This document shows positions 29,844 to 39,341 of a stretch of 49,381 bases of DNA, one piece after another (position 1 is the first letter of the stretch; every line of letters starts with the position of its first letter). This stretch comes from Actinomycetota bacterium. GTDB lineage: Bacteria > Actinomycetota > Humimicrobiia > Humimicrobiales > Humimicrobiaceae. The stretch spans positions 1 to 49,381 of the forward strand of contig JADBLP010000056.1 in the NCBI GenBank assembly GCA_014894375.1, read 5' to 3'. The translations under genes and the position numbers were made by a program. The notes beneath the pieces were generated by a model that saw only the letters and a program-made list of their open reading frames with translations, was not told where the DNA came from and ran no database searches.

Positions 29844-32195
29844 TCAGTCATATAACATCTGATAGAGATAGTAATTTCCCATCACTATCTTTATATATTC
29901 TCTGGACTGCTCATAAGAGACACTTTCAATGAATTCATCAATATCCATATTTCCTCTTTTAGAAACCCAGTCACTCATTCTCCCTGGTCCTCCGTTATAT
30001 GCCCCAAGGCAGTAGAACTCATTCTGGCCAAAATTATCAAGCTGCTGTCTTAAATAATATGTACCCATTCTAATATTTGTCTCCGGGTCCAGGAGAAGAT
30101 TAATGTAATAATTTGAAATGCCTATCTGTCTGGCAATACTTTCTCCTGTTGCAGGCATAATCTGCATCAGTCCCTGTGCTCCTGCATAAGAACCGGCATC
30201 AGGCTCAAATAAGCTTTCCTGCCTTATAACTGCCAGAGTAAAAAGAGGGTCAAGGTTATATTGGCTGCTGTATTTCTGAACGGCTTCTTTATAACCATAG
30301 GGATAATACAGGTAATAGAGATAATCCGTATAAGGCTCATTAAGTCCGGATTTTAACTTGTAAAAATTCTTATAAATAATTCTAATTGAATTTGCATAAT
30401 CATTGGATTTCAAAAACAATGTCGCAATCTCCAGGGTTCTGGCCGGATTTTCTTCAATTTCGCTGCTACCTGCTTCTATCTCCAGAGATGCGCTGATAAA
30501 AAATTCCAGTTTGAGCAGTTCAATGGCTTTATTTATATGATTTATCTCGCCGGTTTCAATATAACTATCTTCTTCCAGAATATCGTATATATCGGGAATT
30601 ATATCTGCAATCTGAGGATTTTCCGGATTTAACTGAGTATTTATTTCTTCAATCTGCACCTCTTCATTCATTTCTGCCAGCATTTTACCGGACGCAAAAG
30701 TATAATAAGAATATGAATTTAAATTTACAATTTTTTTATAAAGGTCAACTGCCTTATCATTTTCCCCCAGCTTCTGGCAGCATTTTGCCTGCCAGAATAA
30801 TCCCTTTTCTTCCAGTGAACTACCCTTATAGGAAGATGCGTAGTTGGAAAAAGTGTTTTTTGCAGAGCTATAATCTCCCGACCTGTATTGTATCAGGCCA
30901 AGCTCCCATAATGCATCAGCTAATTTATCTCCATTGGGATAATCACTGGATACCCTTTGAAAATAGCTGGCAGCATTAGTAAAATCTTCCTTCAATGAGT
31001 ATATCCTTCCAGTTCTGTAAAGAGCATCGTCACTGTAGCTACTGGTTGGGAAAAGTTCTACAAGCTTCTGGTAATACGAGATGGCATCGGCATCCAGATT
31101 TAAATTGGTAAAGGATCTGCCCAGATAATAAAGACTGTCATCGGCTACGGAACCTGATGGAGACTTTTCATAAGATAAGGACAGATAATATTTGGATTGG
31201 CTGTAGTCAAGCAGATTAAAGTAACACATACCTTTTTTAAATAATGTCTTACTGTAAAGCTCCTGGGATAAACTATTTAAATAATCTCCCTGCAGTATCC
31301 TATTAAACTCATCCAGGGCGCTGTAGTAATGGTAAATGCTGAAGAAAATCTCTCCTCTATGGTAAATCTGATTTGCTGTGGGAACGAATGGCTCAATTGA
31401 ACTATCCTCTGCAGGTAGTCTGATTAAATTCTCCCACACAGTTTCTGAATGTTCATTTAAGGGGTAATTCAGCCATATTTCTTTATAATTTCCAAAAGCC
31501 AGATCTTTTTTCCCGTTCATTTCCTGGCAAATGGCTAACTGGAATAAACAGTAGGGTACATATGAGGAATGTGGGAAAGTAGTAATAAAATATTCATACT
31601 TATCTTCAGCAGTTATATAATCTTCCCTGACGTAGAACATATCTGCGTATTCCAGACTGGCTGTTTCTGCCCATATACTGTCCGGGTAATTTTTTATTAA
31701 TTTTAAATAATATTCCTCAGCCTGGTCATATTTTTCCTGGTAAAAGAGACTTTTTGTCATGTAATAAAAAATATGGTCCTGGAGTATAAGGTAGCTGTCT
31801 TTGACTTTATTTAAATAATATTCGGCAATAATGTAAGATCCATCCTTAAAATATTCCATTGCCTGAATAAAATATAACCTTAATTCTGCAATATCGGCAG
31901 TTTCGGTGCTGGTATTACTGCTGGTTTTAATTTTCTGGCTATCTGAACCGATTATTTCCTGATCGGAAACATTTCCTAGATCTTCGCTATCATCTTCAAT
32001 ATCGCTTATGCTCTGCTCATTAACGGTCCCGGTATCTTCAATTTCAGAATCTTCGGCTTTGATTTCCCCTCCAAATTTTTTTCCGAATATTTCTATATCA
32101 AGTTTACTGCATGCAGAAATAGCGAAAATCACTGGGAGAATCAGGATTGCAGATACCAGAAAAATAAAAATTTTTATAATTTTACTGTTCATCAA
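29844..32195 (-). CDS. TPR-repeat lytic murein transglycosylase (SLT domain, lipoprotein signal)
   Basis: 783-aa ORF with N-terminal signal and AISAC lipobox, long TPR-like middle, and C-terminal SLT catalytic motif AVIRQESLFEPDAGSYAGAQGLMQIMP. Confidence 0.88.
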   Translation of the reverse strand: MMNSKIIKIFIFLVSAILILPVIFAISACSKLDIEIFGKKFGGEIKAEDSEIEDTGTVNEQSISDIEDDSEDLGNVSDQEIIGSDSQKIKTSSNTSTETADIAELRLYFIQAMEYFKDGSYIIAEYYLNKVKDSYLILQDHIFYYMTKSLFYQEKYDQAEEYYLKLIKNYPDSIWAETASLEYADMFYVREDYITAEDKYEYFITTFPHSSYVPYCLFQLAICQEMNGKKDLAFGNYKEIWLNYPLNEHSETVWENLIRLPAEDSSIEPFVPTANQIYHRGEIFFSIYHYYSALDEFNRILQGDYLNSLSQELYSKTLFKKGMCYFNLLDYSQSKYYLSLSYEKSPSGSVADDSLYYLGRSFTNLNLDADAISYYQKLVELFPTSSYSDDALYRTGRIYSLKEDFTNAASYFQRVSSDYPNGDKLADALWELGLIQYRSGDYSSAKNTFSNYASSYKGSSLEEKGLFWQAKCCQKLGENDKAVDLYKKIVNLNSYSYYTFASGKMLAEMNEEVQIEEINTQLNPENPQIADIIPDIYDILEEDSYIETGEINHINKAIELLKLEFFISASLEIEAGSSEIEENPARTLEIATLFLKSNDYANSIRIIYKNFYKLKSGLNEPYTDYLYYLYYPYGYKEAVQKYSSQYNLDPLFTLAVIRQESLFEPDAGSYAGAQGLMQIMPATGESIARQIGISNYYINLLLDPETNIRMGTYYLRQQLDNFGQNEFYCLGAYNGGPGRMSDWVSKRGNMDIDEFIESVSYEQSREYIKIVMGNYYLYQMLYD

Positions 32196-32435
32196 GTAAA
32201 GATTATAGCTGAAAAACTAAAAAGATTTTACCCTACAATAGTCTCATTGTAAATTAAATCAATATTTGAACATAAACAAATATTAAGGATGCTTTAAATA
32301 TATATTTTTGTTAAAATAGTAGTTAATAATAATTTTATAATATAGTTTGAAATTTTTAGTATTTAAAATATGAAACTATAAAAAATCTTAACTCGTCTAT
32401 GACGAATATAATAATTATTAAAGAAAGGAATTTAG

Positions 32436-32606
32436 ATGTCACTCAAAATTATGTTAATAATCGTTGGTGTATTTATGCTGGCAATTGGCATATTGGGAGC
32501 TGGAATTCCAGCGCTGGATATAAGTTCCCAGCCGATATGGTTAGCTATTGTTGAGATGGTTATAGGAGTTGCAGCTATACTCGCAGGTGCGATGGCTAAA
32601 AAATAG
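32436..32606 (+). CDS. small two-helix membrane protein (56 aa, hypothetical)
   Basis: Below the track cut-off. AAAGGAA SD then MSLKIMLIIVGVFMLAIGILGAGIPALDISSQPIWLAIVEMVIGVAAILAGAMAKK*. Followed by a hairpin terminator. Confidence 0.5.
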   Translation: MSLKIMLIIVGVFMLAIGILGAGIPALDISSQPIWLAIVEMVIGVAAILAGAMAKK

Positions 32607-32673
32607 GATGTACGGATATTCCTCCTGTGGCAAACAAGCTTGTAATAAGTTTCTTTTAGTTTATATTAAGAAT

Positions 32674-32699
32674 AAAGTCCCGGATTTACCCGGGGCTTT
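32674..32699. terminator. GC-rich hairpin between convergent genes (putative bidirectional terminator)
   Basis: AAAGTCCCGG-loop-CCGGGGCTTT (10-bp stem, one G-U). An A-rich run precedes it and TTATTCT follows. It lies between the small membrane ORF and the nadC stop. Confidence 0.65.
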
Positions 32700-32746
32700 A
32701 TTCTATCGGTTAATTATTTTTTACAGACTTTAAAAACTTTTAACCT

Positions 32747-33619
32747 TTAAAGATTTTCTTCAAATTCCATGGAAAAATCAATGGCTGGTGCCGAATGGGT
32801 AATCAATCCCACTGATATTATATCAACACCTGTTTTGCATATCTCTTCAAGATTTTCAAGATTAATATTTCCTGAAGCCTCTACCGAGCAGGAGCTGCCC
32901 CCCTTTTCCCTTATGATTTTAACTGCCCTCCCCATCTGGCCAGTATCCATATTGTCAAGCATTATGATATCTGCTCTGCTGGTTATTGCTTCATCAAGCT
33001 GGTTAAAATCTTTAACCTCCACTTCGATTTTTAGAGTATGTGGAACATTGGTCCTGATACTTTCTATAGCCTTTGGAACCCCGCCTGCAGCAGCTATATG
33101 ATTGTCTTTGATAAGTATCCCGTCAAAAAGGCCAAAACGGTGGTTATAACCACCGCCGCAGAGTACGGCATATTTTTCAATTTTTCTTAAACCCGGCTTT
33201 GTTTTCCTGGTATCTACAATTTTAACCTTATAGGGCTTTGCAATTTTTACAAATTTACTTGTAAGAGTGGCTATTCCCGACATATGCTGGATGAAATTAA
33301 GACAGATTCGCTCAGCCTTTAAAATTGACAGAGTTGATCCGGTAATATTGCAGACTCTATCCATATATTCCAGTCTATCTCCGTCATTTTTCAATTTGTC
33401 AATTTTTATGCTTCTGTCGATTTCTTCCAGTACAAAGCCTGCCATATCCAGGCCGCTTAATATGGCGCCACCGGCTTCCTTGAATATAATATAGGAAAAT
33501 GAATTTTTATCCGGTGGGATTAAATATTTAGAAGTTATATCTCCAAAACCGTCCATATCTTCGGAAATAGCTCCTCTTATAATATCTATTACTTCATTTT
33601 TTAAAATCTTATTTTTCAT
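32747..33619 (-). CDS. nadC: nicotinate-nucleotide diphosphorylase (carboxylating)
   Basis: 290-aa ORF with DITS.., RKT.PGLR..EKYAV..GGG.NHR.GL.D..LIKDNH, IEVEV, MLDNM motifs of quinolinate phosphoribosyltransferase. Confidence 0.93.
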   Translation of the reverse strand: MKNKILKNEVIDIIRGAISEDMDGFGDITSKYLIPPDKNSFSYIIFKEAGGAILSGLDMAGFVLEEIDRSIKIDKLKNDGDRLEYMDRVCNITGSTLSILKAERICLNFIQHMSGIATLTSKFVKIAKPYKVKIVDTRKTKPGLRKIEKYAVLCGGGYNHRFGLFDGILIKDNHIAAAGGVPKAIESIRTNVPHTLKIEVEVKDFNQLDEAITSRADIIMLDNMDTGQMGRAVKIIREKGGSSCSVEASGNINLENLEEICKTGVDIISVGLITHSAPAIDFSMEFEENL

Positions 33620-33636
33620 ATTTTGTCCTGTTACTT

Positions 33637-35295
33637 TTAAACATCTTTAAAATATACTTTATTCTGCTTTAGTATTATATGTTTTTTCCAGTTTTTGTCA
33701 TCTTTATACGGGAAATCGTTTCTCTGGTGTGTACCTCTGCTTTCTTCCCTTAAGCTTGCCGCTTTTATTATAAGGCTGGCTACAGTGAGCATATTGGCAA
33801 ACTCAAGTATGTTCTTATCTCTTTTGTTATAAAGATGCCCGCTATTTATGTGAAAGTCTACAAATTCTCCTGCTTCTTTCAGGCTCTGTGCATCCCGCAG
33901 TATGCCGACCTTCTTGGTCATAATATTTTTCAAGCCTGAAATAAAAGTTTTTATATCCAGCTTATTATCATTGAATTTACCAGCTTTGCTTTTTTTTATT
34001 TTAGCTTCATCCAAAAGCTTATTTATACATTCAATTGCTTTATTTTCATCCTCCGGGTTTTTTTGCTCCAGTTTTTTTTCTATGTCTTTATATATTTTCC
34101 AGCCATATACCAGACCTTCCATAAGAGAATTGCTTGCCAGTCTATTTGCACCATGCGCTCCTGTGGCAGCAGCCTCACCGCAGCAGTACAGGCCTTCTAT
34201 ATTTGTCTTTCCCTTGTAGTCAGTTTTAATTCCACCGTTTAAGTAATGCTCGGCTGGAGATACCTTGATTAAATCTTTTTTTAAGTCCAGGCCATTTTCC
34301 CTTAGTTTTGAGATTATGTTGGGAAAGCGTATTTTGAGGTGACTTTCAGGAATATGTGTAGCATCAAGATAAACATAATTACGACCGCTCTTATCCATTA
34401 CTCTTATCATTTCCTTTACTACTATATCTCTTGGAGCCAGTTCCGCCCTTGGGTGCCTGCCGACCATAAATCTGTTTCCATGGCAGTCCCTGAGGTAAGC
34501 GCCTTCTCCCCTCAGGGCTTCGCTTATCAAAAATAGTTTTGAGTCTTTTGTTTTAAACACTGTGGGGTGGAACTGGACAAATTCTATATCCATAATAGAG
34601 GTTCCTGCCCTGTATGCCATGGCAATACCATCTCCGGTTGATATTGGAGGGTTTGTGGAAAGATCATAAATCTGACCAATCCCACCGCTTGCAATTACAA
34701 TATTGGAAGCAGGGTGTATTTCAATCTTACCGGTATTTATATCCATACCCAGAACCCCTATACATTTGTTCTTATAAACTAATATATCCAGAACAAAATA
34801 TTCAGGAAAGAAATTTATCTGTTTTAAGCCCTTTGAGTGAGAAACTAATTTTTTTTCAAGCTCTTCTCCGGTAGCATCTCCTCCGGCATGAAGAATCCTG
34901 GGATAGCTGTGTCCTCCTTCAGTGGTCAGGCTTATCTCTCCTTCAGAAATGTCAAAATTTGTACCGATTTCTATTAAATCCTCTATCATTTTTGGTGCAG
35001 TTTTCACAAGTATTTCCACTGCCTTCCTGTCACAGAGGCCCTGACCGGCGGTTATGGTATCTTCATAATGGTTTTTCCAGAAATCGGGTTTTTTAATTGC
35101 TGCGGCAATACCACCCTGGGCATACCAGGTTGTTGAATCAGAAAGAGAACTCTTGGTAATAACATTTATATTATTATTTTTTGCCAGTCTCATTGCAGTA
35201 GAGAGACCTGCAATTCCACTGCCAATAACAATACAGTCGCAGTATTTGTGAATTTTCTGGCAAAATGATGGACTTATTAAATATCTTGGTAACAT
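33637..35295 (-). CDS. nadB: L-aspartate oxidase
   Basis: 552-aa flavoprotein ORF with the dinucleotide-binding motif CIVIGSGIAGLS, then YAQGGIAA, FVQFHPT and RGTHQR.DFP of the NadB/succinate dehydrogenase flavoprotein family. Confidence 0.93.
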   Translation of the reverse strand: MLPRYLISPSFCQKIHKYCDCIVIGSGIAGLSTAMRLAKNNNINVITKSSLSDSTTWYAQGGIAAAIKKPDFWKNHYEDTITAGQGLCDRKAVEILVKTAPKMIEDLIEIGTNFDISEGEISLTTEGGHSYPRILHAGGDATGEELEKKLVSHSKGLKQINFFPEYFVLDILVYKNKCIGVLGMDINTGKIEIHPASNIVIASGGIGQIYDLSTNPPISTGDGIAMAYRAGTSIMDIEFVQFHPTVFKTKDSKLFLISEALRGEGAYLRDCHGNRFMVGRHPRAELAPRDIVVKEMIRVMDKSGRNYVYLDATHIPESHLKIRFPNIISKLRENGLDLKKDLIKVSPAEHYLNGGIKTDYKGKTNIEGLYCCGEAAATGAHGANRLASNSLMEGLVYGWKIYKDIEKKLEQKNPEDENKAIECINKLLDEAKIKKSKAGKFNDNKLDIKTFISGLKNIMTKKVGILRDAQSLKEAGEFVDFHINSGHLYNKRDKNILEFANMLTVASLIIKAASLREESRGTHQRNDFPYKDDKNWKKHIILKQNKVYFKDV

Positions 35296-35298
35296 AAT

Positions 35299-36213
35299 TT
35301 ATTTTATGGCTATCATCCTGTCAATAGCCGATCTAGCTTTTTGAATGATTTCTTCCGGTACTTTTATTTCATACCTCTCATCTTCCAGTGACCAGAGAAC
35401 TTTTTCAAGGTTTATAAGCTTCATGTTGGGGCATATGGCTTTGTTGGTGGCGGGATAGAAAGTCTTATCCGGATTCTCTTTTTTTAGTCTATGCAATATT
35501 CCAATCTCTGTTCCGATTATAAATTTCTTTTTTTCACTGTTTTTTATATATTTTAACATCCCTCCGGTAGAAGCCACTTTATCAGCAATACTTATTACAT
35601 CCGGTGTGCATTCCGGATGTACTATAACTGCAGCATCCAGGTGCTCTTTTTTAAGCTGAATGATTTCTTTAAAATTAATCATAACGTGGGTAGGACAATA
35701 TCCATTCCATAATATAAGTTTTCTGCCTGCCTGACTCTGAACGTAACTTCCCAGGTACTTATCCGGTATGAATATTATTTCTTTGTTTTTAGGAATGGAT
35801 TTTATTACATTTATCGCATTTGAAGAGGTACAGCAGATATCACTTAAAGCTTTAACTTCAGCAGTGGTATTTACATAACACACTACAACAGCATCAGGGT
35901 GTTCATTTCTTAGCTCCTTAAGCTGAGTTGCGCTAATCATATCAGCCATCGGGCAGCCGCTGTTTTTATCAGGGAGCAGAACTTTTTTAGCGGGAGATAA
36001 TATTTTGGCAGTTTCGGCCATAAAATGAACTCCGCAGAATACTATAATCTTGCCTGGTGCTTTTGATGCCTCTATACTTAATTGAAGGGAATCTCCCACA
36101 AAATCCGCAATATCCTGTACTTCGCCAATTTGATAATTGTGAGCCAGTATAATGGCATCCTTTTTCGCCTTTAGCTTGATTATGCTGTCTAAAAGCTCTA
36201 TATTCGCATTCAT
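35299..36213 (-). CDS. nadA: quinolinate synthase
   Basis: 304-aa ORF with ILAHNYQ..EVQDIADFVGDSLQLS, GVHFMAETAKIL and CPNM motifs. AAGGAG SD on the minus strand. nadA-nadB-nadC are tightly packed. Confidence 0.94.
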   Translation of the reverse strand: MNANIELLDSIIKLKAKKDAIILAHNYQIGEVQDIADFVGDSLQLSIEASKAPGKIIVFCGVHFMAETAKILSPAKKVLLPDKNSGCPMADMISATQLKELRNEHPDAVVVCYVNTTAEVKALSDICCTSSNAINVIKSIPKNKEIIFIPDKYLGSYVQSQAGRKLILWNGYCPTHVMINFKEIIQLKKEHLDAAVIVHPECTPDVISIADKVASTGGMLKYIKNSEKKKFIIGTEIGILHRLKKENPDKTFYPATNKAICPNMKLINLEKVLWSLEDERYEIKVPEEIIQKARSAIDRMIAIK

Positions 36214-36466
36214 ATTTCTCCTTCTTACCCGGTAGAAACGTTTTAGTTATTTTAAAACAACATTCATAAAAATAAAATAAGCACTTTATTACGACTGAAA
36301 ACAGGATTAATATTTTCTATTCCGTAATATAGATTCGAAAAAAAATTAAAGAATAACTTACCTGCCGGAAAGATTTATTTATTTTTTTTTTAATGTTATC
36401 ATTTCAAATTCAGATACATTTAATTAGAATTTAAAATACCTTTGTAATTTTAGTGGGGATAATTTC

Positions 36467-38539
36467 TTGAAACTGGTTATAAGTGAGAAAGAAATAGCAG
36501 CTAGAAGAATTGCACAGATACTTGCCGGAAACGGCGTAGACCAGGAGGAAGTATATGGGGTTCCCGTCCATCACTTCAAGATCAACAGTGAAGATTACAG
36601 GGTTATCGGGCTTAAAGGTCATATACTGAAAGTGGATTTTCCGAAGGAATATGCAAATTGGTTTAAAGTAGACCCGATAGAGCTTATTAATGCTGAAATA
36701 GAAAAAATTCCCATCCAGAAAAAGATAATCCAGGCACTGAAGAAAATTTCCAGTGATGTGGATGAGATTATTATAGCCACAGACTATGACAGAGAGGGTG
36801 AGCTTATTGGCTATGATGCAATGCAGCTGGTAAAAGAAAAAAACGCTCTTGCTCCTGCAAAAAGAGCAAGGTTTTCAGCAATTACTCCAAAAGATATAAA
36901 CCAGGCATTTTCAAAACTGGGAAAAATTGATCTGGATCTTGCTTTTGCAGGAAGGGCAAGGCAGGATATTGACCTGATATGGGGAGCTACACTGACACGT
37001 TTTATATCCCTTGCCACCTATCAGATTAAGGATAAATTTCTTTCGGTGGGAAGAGTACAAACTCCCACTCTCACCCTTGTTGTAGACAGAGAGCTGGAAA
37101 TAAAATCATTTATCCCCACTCCTTATTGGGTTGTAAGTGTAAAGCTTAAAACAGAATCCGGTGAGGAATTTGAAGCCACTCATAAGAAAAAAAGATTTTT
37201 AAAGAAAGAAGATGCACAGGGTGTTTTTATTAAGCTGGGTGACAGGGGAACTGTCCTGGAAATAAATGAAAGCATTAGAGATATAAAACCCCCAACGCCT
37301 TTTAACACCACTGCCCTTATAATAAGCGGAAGTTCAATTGGCTTTACTGCATCAAAGACTATAAATATTGCTGAAAACCTGTATATGAACGGTTATATAA
37401 GTTACCCCCGGACTGATAACACGGTTTATCCTTCCTCGATAGAAGTAAAAGAGATCGTAAGAATGCTTGGTAGTTCCGGTGAATATTCCCGGATGTCTGA
37501 AGCAGTCCTTGCGCAGAAGAAGATAGTGGCAAGCAGGGGCAAAAAAAGATCAACAGATCATCCGCCAATTTACCCTACATCGGTTGCCAAGAAGGAAAAC
37601 CTGAGCAGTGATGAGTGGAAGCTGTATGATCTGATTGTAAGAAGATTTATATGCACCCTACTTCCTGAAGCAAAGATTAAAAGTATAACCACATATATAG
37701 ATATAAATGGAGAGCCATTTATTGCTAACGGCTCCAACATTATAGATGAAAGCTGGATAAAGTTTTATCCGTACTATAAGCATAAAGATGTTTTTATTCC
37801 CCGGCTTAAAGAAGAACAAATAATAACTGTCACCGGTAAAGAATTGCTGGATAAAGAAACCAAACCACCTGTAAGGTATACCCAGGGAAGGCTGGTTGAA
37901 AAAATGGAAGAACTTGGTCTGGGTACAAAGGCAACCCGCCATACAATTATACAAAACTTAATCCTGAGAGGATATGTAAGTGGAAATCCTCTCCAGCCTT
38001 CTGAAAAAGCTATTGCAGTAGTCAAGATGTTAAAAAAACATGCTGAAAAGATATCATCCCCGGATATGACTTCAGAGCTGGAAATGTATATGGATGGTAT
38101 TGTAAATGGGGATGAGACTAAAGAGGATGTTGTGGATAGGTCAAGAAAGATGTTAAGTGAAGTAATGACTGTTCTTCAAAATGAAAAGGATGAGATATCA
38201 CGGGAGATAAAAAAAGGAATCAGAGAAGATCTGGTAGTAGGTAAATGTCCAGGTGATAATTGTAATGGGGATTTAATTGTCAGAACCGCAAGAAAAACAA
38301 AGAAAAGATTTATAGGATGCAATGCTTATCCAGAGTGCAGAACTACATTTTCACTTCCACAGAAGGGTCTTTTGGTTACGATAAGAGAAGAGTGTAAGCA
38401 TTGTGGATATCCTATAGTTAAAATTATAAATAAAGGGAGAAAACCCTGGGATTTATGTATAAATCCGGATTGTCCTGGAAAAGATGAGAAATATAAAAAC
38501 TACAACAATAATAAAGGAAGCGAAAAGGCTTCTGATTGA
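36467..38539 (+). CDS. topA: type IA DNA topoisomerase (Topo III/archaeal-like core, two C-terminal C4 zinc ribbons)
   Basis: 690-aa ORF, TTG start. TOPRIM MKLVISEKE...ATDYDREGE, then SVGRVQTPTL, ISYPRTDN (catalytic Tyr context), DHPPIYPT. C-terminal CPGDNC...GCNAYPEC and CKHC...CINPDC. Confidence 0.9.
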   Translation: MKLVISEKEIAARRIAQILAGNGVDQEEVYGVPVHHFKINSEDYRVIGLKGHILKVDFPKEYANWFKVDPIELINAEIEKIPIQKKIIQALKKISSDVDEIIIATDYDREGELIGYDAMQLVKEKNALAPAKRARFSAITPKDINQAFSKLGKIDLDLAFAGRARQDIDLIWGATLTRFISLATYQIKDKFLSVGRVQTPTLTLVVDRELEIKSFIPTPYWVVSVKLKTESGEEFEATHKKKRFLKKEDAQGVFIKLGDRGTVLEINESIRDIKPPTPFNTTALIISGSSIGFTASKTINIAENLYMNGYISYPRTDNTVYPSSIEVKEIVRMLGSSGEYSRMSEAVLAQKKIVASRGKKRSTDHPPIYPTSVAKKENLSSDEWKLYDLIVRRFICTLLPEAKIKSITTYIDINGEPFIANGSNIIDESWIKFYPYYKHKDVFIPRLKEEQIITVTGKELLDKETKPPVRYTQGRLVEKMEELGLGTKATRHTIIQNLILRGYVSGNPLQPSEKAIAVVKMLKKHAEKISSPDMTSELEMYMDGIVNGDETKEDVVDRSRKMLSEVMTVLQNEKDEISREIKKGIREDLVVGKCPGDNCNGDLIVRTARKTKKRFIGCNAYPECRTTFSLPQKGLLVTIREECKHCGYPIVKIINKGRKPWDLCINPDCPGKDEKYKNYNNNKGSEKASD

Positions 38540-39341
38540 AGCAAGTTTTAATCTTCCTTGTGATATTATAGAGGCTGTTAAGAGCGCTGCTAAGAAAGAG
38601 ATTAGTGAGAGAGCTAAAAAAATCCTTGAACTTACTTTAGAAAATGCAAAAATTGCAAAAAAACAAAAACTCCCCTTATGCCAGGATTGTGGCCTGGTTT
38701 ATATTGATCTTGATATTGGTCCTGATATCTGCATTGAGGACAGCAGCAGCTTAAATAGCTTATTGAACCAGGCAGTAGCAGATATTTATACCAGTAATTA
38801 TCTTAGAAAATCAATAGTTTCTGATCCGTTATATGAGAGAAAAAACACTTCAGGTAACACTCCTGCGATCATTAGTACCAGTTTTACTTCCAGTCCTGGT
38901 CTTCATATAAAAATATATTTAAAAGGAGGAGGTAGTGAAAATTGTTCCTATCTTTATATGCTGAATCCATCAACCGGAGAGGATGAAATAATTAACCTGG
39001 TTTTGGATGTGGTAAAAAAGAATGTTACTAAATGCTGCCCGCCAGTAATTGTTGGTATTGGAGTTGGCGGGACGTCTTCAGAAGTGGTCAAGCTTGCAAG
39101 GACAGCCAGCTTTAGAAATCTAGAGATTAGGAATCCGGATAAAAGATACAGGCAGTTAGAAAAGAAAATATTAAACGCAATAAATGAGACTGGAATAGGA
39201 CCACAGGGTCTGGGCGGAAAAACAACTGCTCTGGTCTGCAATATAGAGTATGCTCCCTGTCATATGGCTTCCTTCCCGCTGGCAGTTTTTATGGGCTGTC
39301 ATTCCACAAGAAGGGCTGACTCAAAAATATCGCCGCCATAA
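38484..39341 (+). CDS. Fe-S type hydro-lyase alpha subunit (class I fumarate hydratase / tartrate dehydratase family)
   Basis: 285-aa ORF. The N-terminus aligns with the family N-terminus as recalled (MR.I....I.EA.K.L.IEA...LP.D). Cluster-ligand contexts PLCQDCG, CCPPVIVGIGVGG, GCHSTRR. Starts 56 nt inside topA. Confidence 0.88.
   Translation: MRNIKTTTIIKEAKRLLIEASFNLPCDIIEAVKSAAKKEISERAKKILELTLENAKIAKKQKLPLCQDCGLVYIDLDIGPDICIEDSSSLNSLLNQAVADIYTSNYLRKSIVSDPLYERKNTSGNTPAIISTSFTSSPGLHIKIYLKGGGSENCSYLYMLNPSTGEDEIINLVLDVVKKNVTKCCPPVIVGIGVGGTSSEVVKLARTASFRNLEIRNPDKRYRQLEKKILNAINETGIGPQGLGGKTTALVCNIEYAPCHMASFPLAVFMGCHSTRRADSKISPP

Noticed and set aside
30713-30979. ORFs antisense to the lytic transglycosylase (30713-30979, 32008-32199), nadB/nadC (32769-33101, 33267-33494, 33902-34219, 34339-34536, 34614-34874), topA (36811-37017, 37359-37568, 37658-38025) and the activase fusion (41609-41959, 42284-42803, 43860-44356).
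   Set aside because: They are shadow ORFs within well-supported long genes, with no SD or recognisable motifs.
36214-36466. NAD+ (nadA-motif) riboswitch or NiaR/NrtR operator in the nadA-topA divergent region. I also noticed loosely similar CTTACC...CCGG...AAA elements at 36211-36227 and 36356-36372 and a T10 tract at 36382-36391.
   Set aside because: I see no tandem bulged-stem domains of the nadA motif. The two elements match only weakly, and the first simply overlaps the nadA SD. Homopolymer T runs are expected in this AT-rich genome. The evidence is too weak to call.
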